Shown: piece after piece, positions 55,822 to 64,000 of the stretch
Layout of the letters: each line of letters starts with the position of its first letter
Position numbering within the stretch: the stretch's first letter is position 1
From: a bacterium
GTDB lineage: Bacteria; Actinomycetota; Acidimicrobiia; Spongiisociales; ZC4RG35
Direction: 5' to 3'
DNA length: 64,000 nucleotides
Assembly: GCA_028819345.1 (NCBI GenBank)
Contig: JAPPLW010000007.1
Coordinates: 16,557-80,556 of the forward strand
The notes under the pieces: generated by a model
Seen by the model: only the letters and a program-made list of their open reading frames with translations
What the model was told of the DNA's origin: nothing
Database searches by the model: none
Position numbers and translations under genes: made by a program

Positions 55822-56889
55822 ATGGCAACCCTGGGAATCACGGGTCTGGCGAACACCGGAAAGACCTCGCTCTTCGCGGCTCTCACCGCCCGCCCGGAGG
55901 GGATCGCCTCGTTTCCCTTCTCAACCACCGAGACCCGGCTCGGCATCACCCCCATCGTCGACCCGGTCCTCCAGGAACTGGGCCGCCTCGAGGATTCGGC
56001 TCGCATTACCCCCGCAGCCCTGGAGGTGACCGACGGTCCTCCTCTCGAGGAACCGGGAGGAGACCTGGACACCCGTACTGTGGGAAAACTCCGCCAGGCC
56101 GACTGCATGGTGGTCGTGCTCCGCGCTTTCACCGACCCCTCCGTGCCCCACGGGGCGTCCGGAACCGATCCCCGCTCCCAGGCCGAGGACGTGTTGCTCG
56201 CCATGGCCATAAGCGACGCCCAGATGTTCGAGGGATCGATTCTTCGCCTTCGCAACCAAGCCACCTCCCGACCCGAGCGGCGGGCGGCCTATGAGACGGT
56301 GGAGCGGGCGTCGAGTGTCTCCGGTGACGGAGGCCTCCTGAGACAGAGGCGTTGGTCAGACCTCGAACTGAAGGCTCTGGCGGACTTCGCCCCCCTCACC
56401 CTCAAACCGGTCATCTGGGTGGTCAACGTCGATGAGGAGCAGGCGGAGGGAATGCCAAACCCGGTGAAGGGGGTGGTCCCCGGCGGTGACCCGGTGGTGT
56501 CGATGACGCTCCGACTTGAAGCGGAGGCCGCCATGCTGGACGCCCGGGACCGGGCCGACATGCTGCAGGCTTTCGGGCTGGGAAGGGGCGCGGCCGCCAC
56601 CCTTTCGGGCGCCGCGCTGGACACCCTGGACATGTGCACCTTCTACACCTCCAACGCCCGGGAGACCAGGGCCTGGCTCACGCCGGTGGGGTCGAATGCC
56701 CGCCGGGCGGCCGGCAAGGTCCACTCAGACATGGAGCGGGGATTCATCCGGGCGGAGGTGGGTACCGCCCAGGCGGTGATCGACGCGGGAGGCTGGGATG
56801 CGGCCCGCGCCGAGGGCGTGGTCCGGGTGGAAGGGCGGGACTATCCCGTGAAGTCGCGTGACGTCCTGCAAGTCAGGTTCTCGGTGTGA
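55822..56889 (+). CDS. ychF: YchF/Obg-like ribosome-binding ATPase
   Basis: GITGLANTGKTSLFAALT P-loop. C-terminal DMERGFIRAEV...VEGRDYPVKSRDVLQVRF. ATG 55822. Confidence 0.85.
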   Translation: MATLGITGLANTGKTSLFAALTARPEGIASFPFSTTETRLGITPIVDPVLQELGRLEDSARITPAALEVTDGPPLEEPGGDLDTRTVGKLRQADCMVVVLRAFTDPSVPHGASGTDPRSQAEDVLLAMAISDAQMFEGSILRLRNQATSRPERRAAYETVERASSVSGDGGLLRQRRWSDLELKALADFAPLTLKPVIWVVNVDEEQAEGMPNPVKGVVPGGDPVVSMTLRLEAEAAMLDARDRADMLQAFGLGRGAAATLSGAALDTLDMCTFYTSNARETRAWLTPVGSNARRAAGKVHSDMERGFIRAEVGTAQAVIDAGGWDAARAEGVVRVEGRDYPVKSRDVLQVRFSV

Positions 56890-56911
56890 AATCTGTATTG
56901 TTACCAATGGA

Positions 56912-59122
56912 ATGACACTCGTACTTGCGGCTGATCAACCAGGGTCGTCGAGCCTGCTGGATGAGCACCAGATCTTTCTGTTCCTGGTGCAACTGGCCTT
57001 GCTGGTGGGAGCGGCCCGTTTTCTGGGGGGAGTCGCCAACAAGCTCGGCCAACCCCCCGTGGTCGGCCAACTCCTGGCCGGGGTGGTGGTCGGTCCCAGC
57101 GTGCTGGGCCAGTTCTATCCTGACACCTTCGATTGGATCTTCTCGGACTCCACCGTGGAGTCGGTCCTGTACGGGGTGGCATGGCTGGCGGTGATCATGG
57201 TGCTGGTGGTGATCGGCTACGAGACCGACCTGGGAATCATTTCCCGCCTCCGCCGGGCCGCGGTGAACGTCTCCGCAGGAGCGTTGTTCGTTCCCCTGGT
57301 GGTGGTGGGGCTGGTGGCCTTGCTGACGCCTTCATCCTTCGTGGGAACCTCCGGACGCGGCCTGTACGCGGCCTTCATGGCGCTGGCGTTGTCGGTCGCC
57401 GCCCTCCCCGTGGTGGCGAAGATCCTCCTGGACTTGGGCCTTCTTCGACGCAACTTCGGCCAGGTGACGCTGGCGGTCAGCATGACAATGGACTCGGTGG
57501 GATGGCTGATCCTGGCCGGATTGGCCGGAGTCGCACAGGAGGGCTTCGAGCCCGCCCAACTGCTCACCGCACTGGGCGGCCTGGTGGTGTTCGTGGCCCT
57601 GGCGGCGACCGTGGGAAGGTGGCTGCTCAATCAGGCGATGCGTCTTGCCCTGCGGGGGGGAGCGAACCTGGAGGCGGCCCTGACGGTGGGTCTGGTGGCG
57701 GCCATCGCCGGGGGGGCGGTCACCCATGCCCTGGGTCTCGAGGCCATCCTGGGGGCATTCATCGTCGGCATCATCCTCGCCACACTCCGATACCAGATGG
57801 TCGAGGTCCGCCATGTCCTGGAGACGATCACCGACTCGTTCTTCGCTCCGGTGTTCTTTGCCTTCAGCGGGCTGCGGGTGGACATCTCCCTCCTGGCCTC
57901 GCCCAGCGCCATCATCTGGACGGTGACGCTCATCGTCCTGGCGGTGGCGGCAAAGATGTTCGGCACCCTGGTGGGCGCCCGCCGGGCCGGTCTGACCGTG
58001 AAGGAGTCCCTGGCGCTCGGTTCGGGCCTTTCGGCCCTGGGAGCCATGGGGATCGTGGTGGCCCTGGTGGGCCTCAGCCTGGGGGTCCTGTCGGACACCG
58101 GGTACACGGTGGTCGTCCTCGCTGCCATAGTCACCTCGCTCCTGGCGCCCGTGCTGCTGAAGGTGTCGGTTCGGGGAATGGAAGCCGAAGGAGAGGAAAA
58201 GGCCCGGCTGGAGTCGGAGGCCATCCGGTCGCAGGCTCACATCCTCGGGTCGCAACGCATTCTCCTCCCCACCCGGGGCGGCCTGAACACCGTCTTCGCC
58301 GCCGCCCAGATCGGACGGCTGTTCAAGGGCGCCGAGGTTACGGTTCTGGAGGTCAGCGGATCCTCGGGAGGATGGTGGAAGCGCCTGGTCGGCAAGGAGG
58401 TCGCAGAGGAGACCGGCCCCGCAGCGGCGATCAGGGCGTTGGAAGGCGAGGAGCACCGCCTGATCAGAAGACGGGAGCGTGATGCGGCAGACGCAATCCT
58501 CAAGGAGGCGGCCCTCGGATATGACCTGGTCGTGCTGGGGGCCCCGGAGCACACCGGGGAGGCGGAGGTGTTCTCGACCGTGATCGACCGCGTACTGGCC
58601 CGCCTGGAGCTCCCCACCCTGATTTTCCGATACCCCGAGCCTCCCGACGGACTCTCCGGCCCCATCGCCCAGGTGCAAAGGGTGCTGCTGTCGGTGGAGG
58701 CGAATCCAGCCTCACGCGCGGCCGCGGAGGTGGCATACTCCCTGGCCGCCCACAACGAGGGAATGGTGTTCGCGCTGCACCTGATCAACGAGACCGCCGA
58801 CGGTCCCTACTACTTCGACATGAAGGCCAGCGCCCAGAACTTCATGGCCGGCCGCGACCTGGTGGAGGAGTCGGTGGAATACGGACAGCGCCTGGGCGCC
58901 AGGGTCCATGCCGATGTCCGGCCGGTGGCCCAACCCGAGGGAGAGCTCACAAACACCGCCAACTCCGAGAACTGGGATCTGCTGGTGGTGGGCGCCGCCA
59001 ACCGGCCCCTCACCAACCGGCCGTTCTTCGGCTACGGGATGTCCTTCGTCCTCAAGAATGTCACCATCCCGCTGGTGATAGTGGCCGTCCCGTCCTCCTC
59101 TCACCGCACCGCGCCCCGCTAA
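56912..59122 (+). CDS. CPA2-family cation:proton antiporter fused to tandem universal-stress-protein-like domains
   Basis: N-terminal ~400-aa Na_H_Exchanger core (GQPPVVGQLLAGVVVGPSVLG, FFAPVFFAFSGLRVD). The C-terminus has two USP-like halves (ILLPTRGG...VVLGA; VLLSVEAN...LVVGAA). Confidence 0.85.
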   Translation: MTLVLAADQPGSSSLLDEHQIFLFLVQLALLVGAARFLGGVANKLGQPPVVGQLLAGVVVGPSVLGQFYPDTFDWIFSDSTVESVLYGVAWLAVIMVLVVIGYETDLGIISRLRRAAVNVSAGALFVPLVVVGLVALLTPSSFVGTSGRGLYAAFMALALSVAALPVVAKILLDLGLLRRNFGQVTLAVSMTMDSVGWLILAGLAGVAQEGFEPAQLLTALGGLVVFVALAATVGRWLLNQAMRLALRGGANLEAALTVGLVAAIAGGAVTHALGLEAILGAFIVGIILATLRYQMVEVRHVLETITDSFFAPVFFAFSGLRVDISLLASPSAIIWTVTLIVLAVAAKMFGTLVGARRAGLTVKESLALGSGLSALGAMGIVVALVGLSLGVLSDTGYTVVVLAAIVTSLLAPVLLKVSVRGMEAEGEEKARLESEAIRSQAHILGSQRILLPTRGGLNTVFAAAQIGRLFKGAEVTVLEVSGSSGGWWKRLVGKEVAEETGPAAAIRALEGEEHRLIRRRERDAADAILKEAALGYDLVVLGAPEHTGEAEVFSTVIDRVLARLELPTLIFRYPEPPDGLSGPIAQVQRVLLSVEANPASRAAAEVAYSLAAHNEGMVFALHLINETADGPYYFDMKASAQNFMAGRDLVEESVEYGQRLGARVHADVRPVAQPEGELTNTANSENWDLLVVGAANRPLTNRPFFGYGMSFVLKNVTIPLVIVAVPSSSHRTAPR

Positions 59123-59128
59123 CCGCCC

Positions 59129-59632
59129 GTGCGGGAATTCCTGGTCGAACTGCTCGATGGATGGGGGGTGGCCGACCCGGTGGCGGTGGCATTGATCTCG
59201 GCGCTTCCCGTACTCGAACTGAGGGGAGGCATTCCCTTTGGGAGGCTTGTGCTGGAGATGGGGTCTCTTCCCACCTGGATCTGGGCGGTGGTCGGCAACC
59301 TTGCGCCGCTGCCTCTGGTGTTCTGGCTGCTGGGGGTGGTCGACGGATACTGCACGCCCTACCGCCTCGCCTGGCTCCGCCGGTTGCTGGACCGACTCTA
59401 CGCCCACACCCGTCGCCGGCACAACTCCCGGTTCCTCCGGCTCCGGGACCTGGCTCTGCTGGTGGTGGTCTCCATCCCTCTGCCGCTCACCGGAGGGTGG
59501 AGCGGAGTGCTGGCCGCCTACGTTTTCGGGGTCCCCTTCCGCCGAGCCTCCTGGCTGATCGCCACCGGGGTGGTGGTGGCCGGCACCGCGGTGCTGGCCC
59601 TGGTGGATGCAGGCCTGGTGATCTGGCAGTGA
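59129..59632 (+). CDS. small multidrug-export-family membrane protein (Sm_multidrug_ex, COG2426)
   Basis: LPVLELRGGIPFG signature and 4 TM helices. GTG start 6 nt after the antiporter stop. Confidence 0.7.
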   Translation: MREFLVELLDGWGVADPVAVALISALPVLELRGGIPFGRLVLEMGSLPTWIWAVVGNLAPLPLVFWLLGVVDGYCTPYRLAWLRRLLDRLYAHTRRRHNSRFLRLRDLALLVVVSIPLPLTGGWSGVLAAYVFGVPFRRASWLIATGVVVAGTAVLALVDAGLVIWQ

Positions 59633-59756
59633 GACCGCCGAACGAGGGTCCGCTTCCCGTGCCGTGGCCCCAAAGTTCGAGCCGCTTGGAAGCAACCCGG
59701 CGGACAGACCGGCTACAGTTAGGATCGAATCCCACCGACCCGCGGAGAGCAGCAAC

Positions 59757-60959
59757 GTGTCCTCGATCACCTTTGAAAACGTCGGAAAGGTCTATCCGGG
59801 AGGGACCCGGGCGATAACCGACGTCAGCCTTGATGTTTCGGACGGGGAATTCGTGGTTCTGGTCGGACCGTCCGGGTGCGGCAAGTCAACCCTCCTGCGC
59901 ATGGTGGCCGGTTTGGAGGAGGTCACCGAGGGGGTCCTGCGGATCGGCGAGAATGTGGTTAACGATGTGTCGCCCAAGGACCGCGACATCGCCATGGTGT
60001 TCCAGAATTACGCCCTCTATCCCCACATGAGCGTGTTCGACAACATGGCGTTCGGCTTGAAGATGCGCCGCATGCCCCGCGACGAGATCCGCCGTAGGGT
60101 GGACGAGGCCGCGGCCATCCTGGAGATCTCGGAACTGATGGACAGAAAGCCCAAGTCACTGTCGGGAGGGCAGAGACAGCGGGTGGCGATGGGCAGAGCG
60201 ATCGTTCGGGAGCCGGTCGCCTTCCTCATGGATGAGCCCCTCTCCAACCTCGACGCCAAGCTCCGGGTCCAGATGCGTTCGGAACTGGGGCTTCTCCACA
60301 ACCGACTGAAGACCACGACACTCTACGTAACCCACGATCAGGTTGAGGCGATGACCATGGGGGACAGGGTGGCGGTGCTTCGCAAGGCCGGCGAGCAGCA
60401 GACCAACCTGCAGCAGATCGACACTCCCCGAGTTCTCTACGACCATCCCGCCAACCTGTTCGTGGCGGGATTCATCGGGTCACCCTCCATGAACTTCGTC
60501 TACGGGACCATCACCACCAACGGCGCCGGGGGTTCCCTCTCCTTCGCCGACGAGGAGGTACCCCTGAACAGGACGGTGCTCTCCAACCACCCCCGTCTGG
60601 CTTCCCATGCGGGGACGCAGTTGGTGGTGGGTATCAGGCCCGAGGCGTTCGAGATCTCATCGGCGGTCACCGGCGCCGACGGCATGGCCACTATCAACGT
60701 GGGCGCCGACCTGGTTGAGCAGTTGGGATCCGAGGCCTATGTCCACTTCACGAAGCCCGCGCCCCCGGTCATCACCCCCGACATCCGCGAACTCCTCGAG
60801 GACGAGGGAAGCGACGTCTCCTCACTGGGGGACAGCACCAAATTCGTCGCCAGGGTCAATCCCGACTTCGCGCCCCGCGGCGGAGAGCGCATCCGGTTGG
60901 TCGTGGACGTCTCCAAGCTGCACTTCTTCGACAGCGACACAGGGATGGCCCTCAACTGA
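59757..60959 (+). CDS. ABC transporter ATP-binding protein, MalK/UgpC/MsiK-type sugar-import ATPase
   Basis: GPSGCGKSTLLRMVAGLE, LSGGQRQRVAMGRA, FLMDEPLSNLD, YVTHDQVEAM, plus the C-terminal TOBE-like domain. GTG 59757. Confidence 0.9.
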   Translation: MSSITFENVGKVYPGGTRAITDVSLDVSDGEFVVLVGPSGCGKSTLLRMVAGLEEVTEGVLRIGENVVNDVSPKDRDIAMVFQNYALYPHMSVFDNMAFGLKMRRMPRDEIRRRVDEAAAILEISELMDRKPKSLSGGQRQRVAMGRAIVREPVAFLMDEPLSNLDAKLRVQMRSELGLLHNRLKTTTLYVTHDQVEAMTMGDRVAVLRKAGEQQTNLQQIDTPRVLYDHPANLFVAGFIGSPSMNFVYGTITTNGAGGSLSFADEEVPLNRTVLSNHPRLASHAGTQLVVGIRPEAFEISSAVTGADGMATINVGADLVEQLGSEAYVHFTKPAPPVITPDIRELLEDEGSDVSSLGDSTKFVARVNPDFAPRGGERIRLVVDVSKLHFFDSDTGMALN

Positions 60960-60982
60960 CGCGATGCGGCGCGGGGGAGGGG

Positions 60983-62299
60983 CTAGCCGTCCAGGACGCT
61001 CCACTCCGAACGCCCTTCCCGGGCCTTCTGGATGTCGACCAAGCTCAGCAGGATGAATCCCACCGCGAAGAACGAGACCAGCGAAAGCACCGCCGGCCGG
61101 CTGGAACCGGTCACCTCCCGGAAGGTGGCGAAGATGATCGGCCCCCAGATGGCGGAGAACTTGGTGAACACCGAGAAGAACCCGAAGAACTCGGCGGAGG
61201 CCTGCTGGGGGATGATCGAACCGTAGAGGCTCCGGCTGAGTGCCTGGGTGCCCCCCATCACCATCCCGATCAGCACACCCACCGCCAGGAGCGGGTAGTT
61301 CTGGCCCACCGGCAGGTAGTAGGCGATTACCAGCACCCCGGTCCAAACCACCAAGGCGATGGAGATGGAGCGCTTCGGACCGATCCGATCGGAGAGCCGC
61401 CCGAAGAGGAGGGCTCCGAAAAAGGCCATGAACTGCACCACCAGCAGGACGAGCGCAATGAATGCGGTGCTGATTTCCAGGGTCTCGGAGGCATAGATGG
61501 CGGAGATGTTGATGACGGTCTGGACCCCGTCGATGTAGAACATGTATGCGATCACGAACAGCAGTAGGTGTTTGTGGCCCGAAAGGCTGACACACGTCCT
61601 CCACGTCCGTCTGAAGCCCAGGCGAAGGTAGGCCAGGAAGCGACTCTCACCCTGGCCGGCCAAAGGCGTCCCCTGCGCCGTGCCCACCTCCCTCAAACGC
61701 CGGAATGCATACCACGAGAAGCCCGACCACCACACTCCCGTCCCGCCGATGGCGAGGCGGGCGGCCAAGGCCTCCTCGACGCCGAGCGTGTCCGAGTAGA
61801 AGATGAACACCATGGCGAACAAGAGGTAGATGCCGCCCCCGATATACCCCAGGGCGTATCCCTTGGAACTGACCCGATCGATGGTGTCGTCGGTGGTGAT
61901 GAGCGGAAGGATCCCGTCGTAGAAGACATTGGATGCGGCCAGTCCGAAGTGGGAGGCCAGGAACATGACAATGGCCAGCAGGACGTTGCCGGTGGAGACG
62001 AAAGCGAAACAGGTTGCGAACAGGGCTCCTCCGTAGGCGAATGCCCGGAGGAAGGAAAGCCTCCGCGCGCTGTAGTCGGCGATGGCCCCCAGCACCGGTG
62101 TGATCAGGAACAGCGCAAGGGAGATCAACCCGACCATGTACCCCCACAGGGATTCGGCGCTCAAACCCATCCATCCTTCCTCGGGGACGATGTACGATCC
62201 GAAATAGGCGGGCAGGATCCCGACCACCACCACCACATAGGCCGAGTTGGCCCAGTCGTACATCGCCCAACCGAAAATGGTGCGCCGATCGTTTCTCAT
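60983..62299 (-). CDS. MFS transporter, UMF1 (ATG22-like) family
   Basis: FGWAMYDWANSAY signature and 12 predicted TM helices. ATG 62299. Confidence 0.8.
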   Translation of the reverse strand: MRNDRRTIFGWAMYDWANSAYVVVVVGILPAYFGSYIVPEEGWMGLSAESLWGYMVGLISLALFLITPVLGAIADYSARRLSFLRAFAYGGALFATCFAFVSTGNVLLAIVMFLASHFGLAASNVFYDGILPLITTDDTIDRVSSKGYALGYIGGGIYLLFAMVFIFYSDTLGVEEALAARLAIGGTGVWWSGFSWYAFRRLREVGTAQGTPLAGQGESRFLAYLRLGFRRTWRTCVSLSGHKHLLLFVIAYMFYIDGVQTVINISAIYASETLEISTAFIALVLLVVQFMAFFGALLFGRLSDRIGPKRSISIALVVWTGVLVIAYYLPVGQNYPLLAVGVLIGMVMGGTQALSRSLYGSIIPQQASAEFFGFFSVFTKFSAIWGPIIFATFREVTGSSRPAVLSLVSFFAVGFILLSLVDIQKAREGRSEWSVLDG

Positions 62300-62486
62300 C
62301 TGTCTAAAAACACTAACGCCCGCCCACTGCCGGCCCGGTCGGCGGAGGCGCATCCCGGCGACCGCCAAGTCGCCGGCCTCTTGGGAGGAATGCTTCCTGG
62401 TGTGCTAATCTCCGCTCGGCCCTGTCCCGGTGGCCGGGCATTACCTGTATGTGTCTTTACTACCCGTCTCGGCTCTCCGGAGCACC

Positions 62487-63332
62487 ATGGCCTTTCTGCT
62501 GGCGGGACTGAGTTCCCTCATATACGGGGTGTGCGACTTTTCCGGAGGGCTGGCCACCCGCCGGGCACATGTGCTGGCGGTGACCCTCTGGGCCAACGTC
62601 GTGGGACTGGCCATAGCCATCGGAGTGGCAATGATCGGCCACCAGGTGGAAGCGGCGTCGGTCACTTTGTCAGATCTGGCCTGGGGATTGGGGAGCGGGG
62701 TGGCCGGAGTAACCGGATTGGCCCTCTATTTCCAGGGAATGGCCAGGGGTCAGATGGCGGTGGTGGCACCGGTCTCGGCGGTCACCCTGGCTCTGGTCCC
62801 GTTCCTGTTCGGAGTGGCGACGGGAGAGCGCTACCCCCCGTTGGCCTGGCTCGGCGTCCTGGTCGCTATGCCAGCCCTGTGGCTCACCGTCCAGACGGGG
62901 TCCTCGCAGAACCGTCCCGGGAAAGCCCTCTACGGCGTAGCCGCCGGGGTGACCTTTTCGCTGTTCCTGGTCGCCATCGCCCAGACCTCTCCCGAGTCGG
63001 GGCTGTGGCCTCTGGTGGCCATGCGTGTAGGAGGACTGACCCTATTGACGGCCCTGGTGTTCAGCCGGGCCCTGTTCACCGACCAAGCCCGTCCCGGCCT
63101 GCCGCCGGGAGCGCGCCTTCCGACGCTCATCGCGGGCGGCGACATCCTCGCCAACCTCGCTTACCTGCTGGCGGTGAGAATCGGGCCGTTCGGCCTGGTC
63201 ACGGTGGTCTCCACCTTCTATCCGGTGGTGATAGCCCTGCTGGCCCGGGTGGTGGAGAAGGAACGGATCTCCCCGCATCGGCTGCTGGGGCTGGCGCTCA
63301 CGGTGCTCTCGTTAGTGCTGATAACCCGGTAA
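62487..63332 (+). CDS. EamA/DMT-family transporter
   Basis: MAFLLAGLSSLIYGVCDFSGGLATRR..., 10-TM pattern. ATG 62487 is preferred over the track start. Confidence 0.8.
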   Translation: MAFLLAGLSSLIYGVCDFSGGLATRRAHVLAVTLWANVVGLAIAIGVAMIGHQVEAASVTLSDLAWGLGSGVAGVTGLALYFQGMARGQMAVVAPVSAVTLALVPFLFGVATGERYPPLAWLGVLVAMPALWLTVQTGSSQNRPGKALYGVAAGVTFSLFLVAIAQTSPESGLWPLVAMRVGGLTLLTALVFSRALFTDQARPGLPPGARLPTLIAGGDILANLAYLLAVRIGPFGLVTVVSTFYPVVIALLARVVEKERISPHRLLGLALTVLSLVLITR

Positions 63333-63355
63333 CCATGACCCGACCCGGTGCGTAG

Positions 63356-64000
63356 ATGGCTTTCTTCCTGGCGGTTCTGACCTCCGTCTTCTACGGCGTG
63401 TTCGACTTCGCGGGGGGCATGGCCACCCGCCGGGGCCCGGTGTTGGCGGTTGCGGCATGGGCGAACGCGGCCGGCCTGGGGCTGGCCCTCTGCATCGCGG
63501 CAATCCACCATCTGGCGGTGGGCGCCACAGTGACCCTCGCCGACTTCTTCTGGGGATTGGTCAGCGGGGTGGCGGGGGTGGCCGGCGTGGTCTTCTATTT
63601 CCTGGGACTGGCGAGAGGCAGGATGGCGGTGGTGGCGCCCGTGTCGGCAGTCACCCTGGCCCTGGTCCCCTTTCTCTTCGGGGTGGTGCTGGGGGAGCGT
63701 CATTCCCTGGTGTCCTGGCTGGGCGTCCTGGTCGCCATGCCCGCCCTGTGGCTAACCGTCCAGGAAAGGAGCCGAGTGGGCCGCCCGGCGATGGCGCTCT
63801 TCGGGTTCGCCGCCGGATTGACCTTCTCGGTGTTCTTCATCGGGGTGGCCCAGATCTCGTCGGAAGCCGGACTGTGGCCCCTGGTCAGCATCAAGCTGGG
63901 AGGACTCGGGTCGGTGGCGGTGCTCATCGCCCTCAGGCGCGTCCCCCTTTCGCTTTCACCCCAGGCCCGGGCGCTGGCGCTGGTTGCAGGAGGCGCCGTC
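63356..64000 (+). CDS. EamA/DMT-family transporter, tandem paralogue (3' end outside window)
   Basis: Not in the ORF track because it runs off the window. My translation from ATG 63356 is MAFFLAVLTSVFYGVFDFAGGMATRR...RMAVVAPVSAVTLALVPFLFGV...LGVLVAMPALWLTVQ, which is collinear with the preceding gene. Confidence 0.75.
   Translation, partial: MAFFLAVLTSVFYGVFDFAGGMATRRGPVLAVAAWANAAGLGLALCIAAIHHLAVGATVTLADFFWGLVSGVAGVAGVVFYFLGLARGRMAVVAPVSAVTLALVPFLFGVVLGERHSLVSWLGVLVAMPALWLTVQERSRVGRPAMALFGFAAGLTFSVFFIGVAQISSEAGLWPLVSIKLGGLGSVAVLIALRRVPLSLSPQARALALVAGGAV

Overview
GC-rich, gene-dense chromosomal segment that looks actinobacterial. This is an inference from gene content: a ClpC1-like ClpC, a DisA-CarD-IspF-CysS-RlmB block, the proteasome activator Bpa, a LytR_C protein, many 4-nt start/stop overlaps and -10 boxes abutting start codons. 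I can support about 70 protein genes and two tRNAs (Thr-UGU, Arg-CCU). I saw no rRNA, CRISPR array, transposase, integrase, phage or recognisable defence genes. Functional blocks, in order: (1) a sterol-reductase-family membrane protein plus a GcvT-like enzyme, apt and a TPP enzyme. (2) A metal-homeostasis neighbourhood: two His-rich CDF exporters, a divergent Fur-family regulator and a 72-aa His/Cys/Asp/Glu-rich mini-protein. (3) A five-gene partner-switching / two-component operon: STAS, REC-PP2C, RsbW-like kinase, lipoprotein SBP and HAMP histidine kinase. (4) clpC. (5) A frameshifted DUF2419 queuosine-salvage gene divergent from a BmpA-type nucleoside ABC importer that ends in a translationally coupled cytochrome P450. 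(6) disA-carD-ispF-cysS-rlmB and tRNA-Thr. (7) A histidine-biosynthesis operon (hisG-D-B-H-F-IE) led by a TrpR/YerC-family regulator, with hisA split off divergently. (8) Assorted transporters and housekeeping genes. The strongest lead is at 40049-40720. There a peroxiredoxin-like thioredoxin-fold gene carries an in-frame TGA exactly at the active-site Cys position (W-[TGA]-P-Y-C), followed by a GC-rich hairpin. It is therefore a candidate selenoprotein that ordinary gene calling would truncate. Many long ORFs in the track are antisense or out-of-frame artefacts of high GC and were not called.
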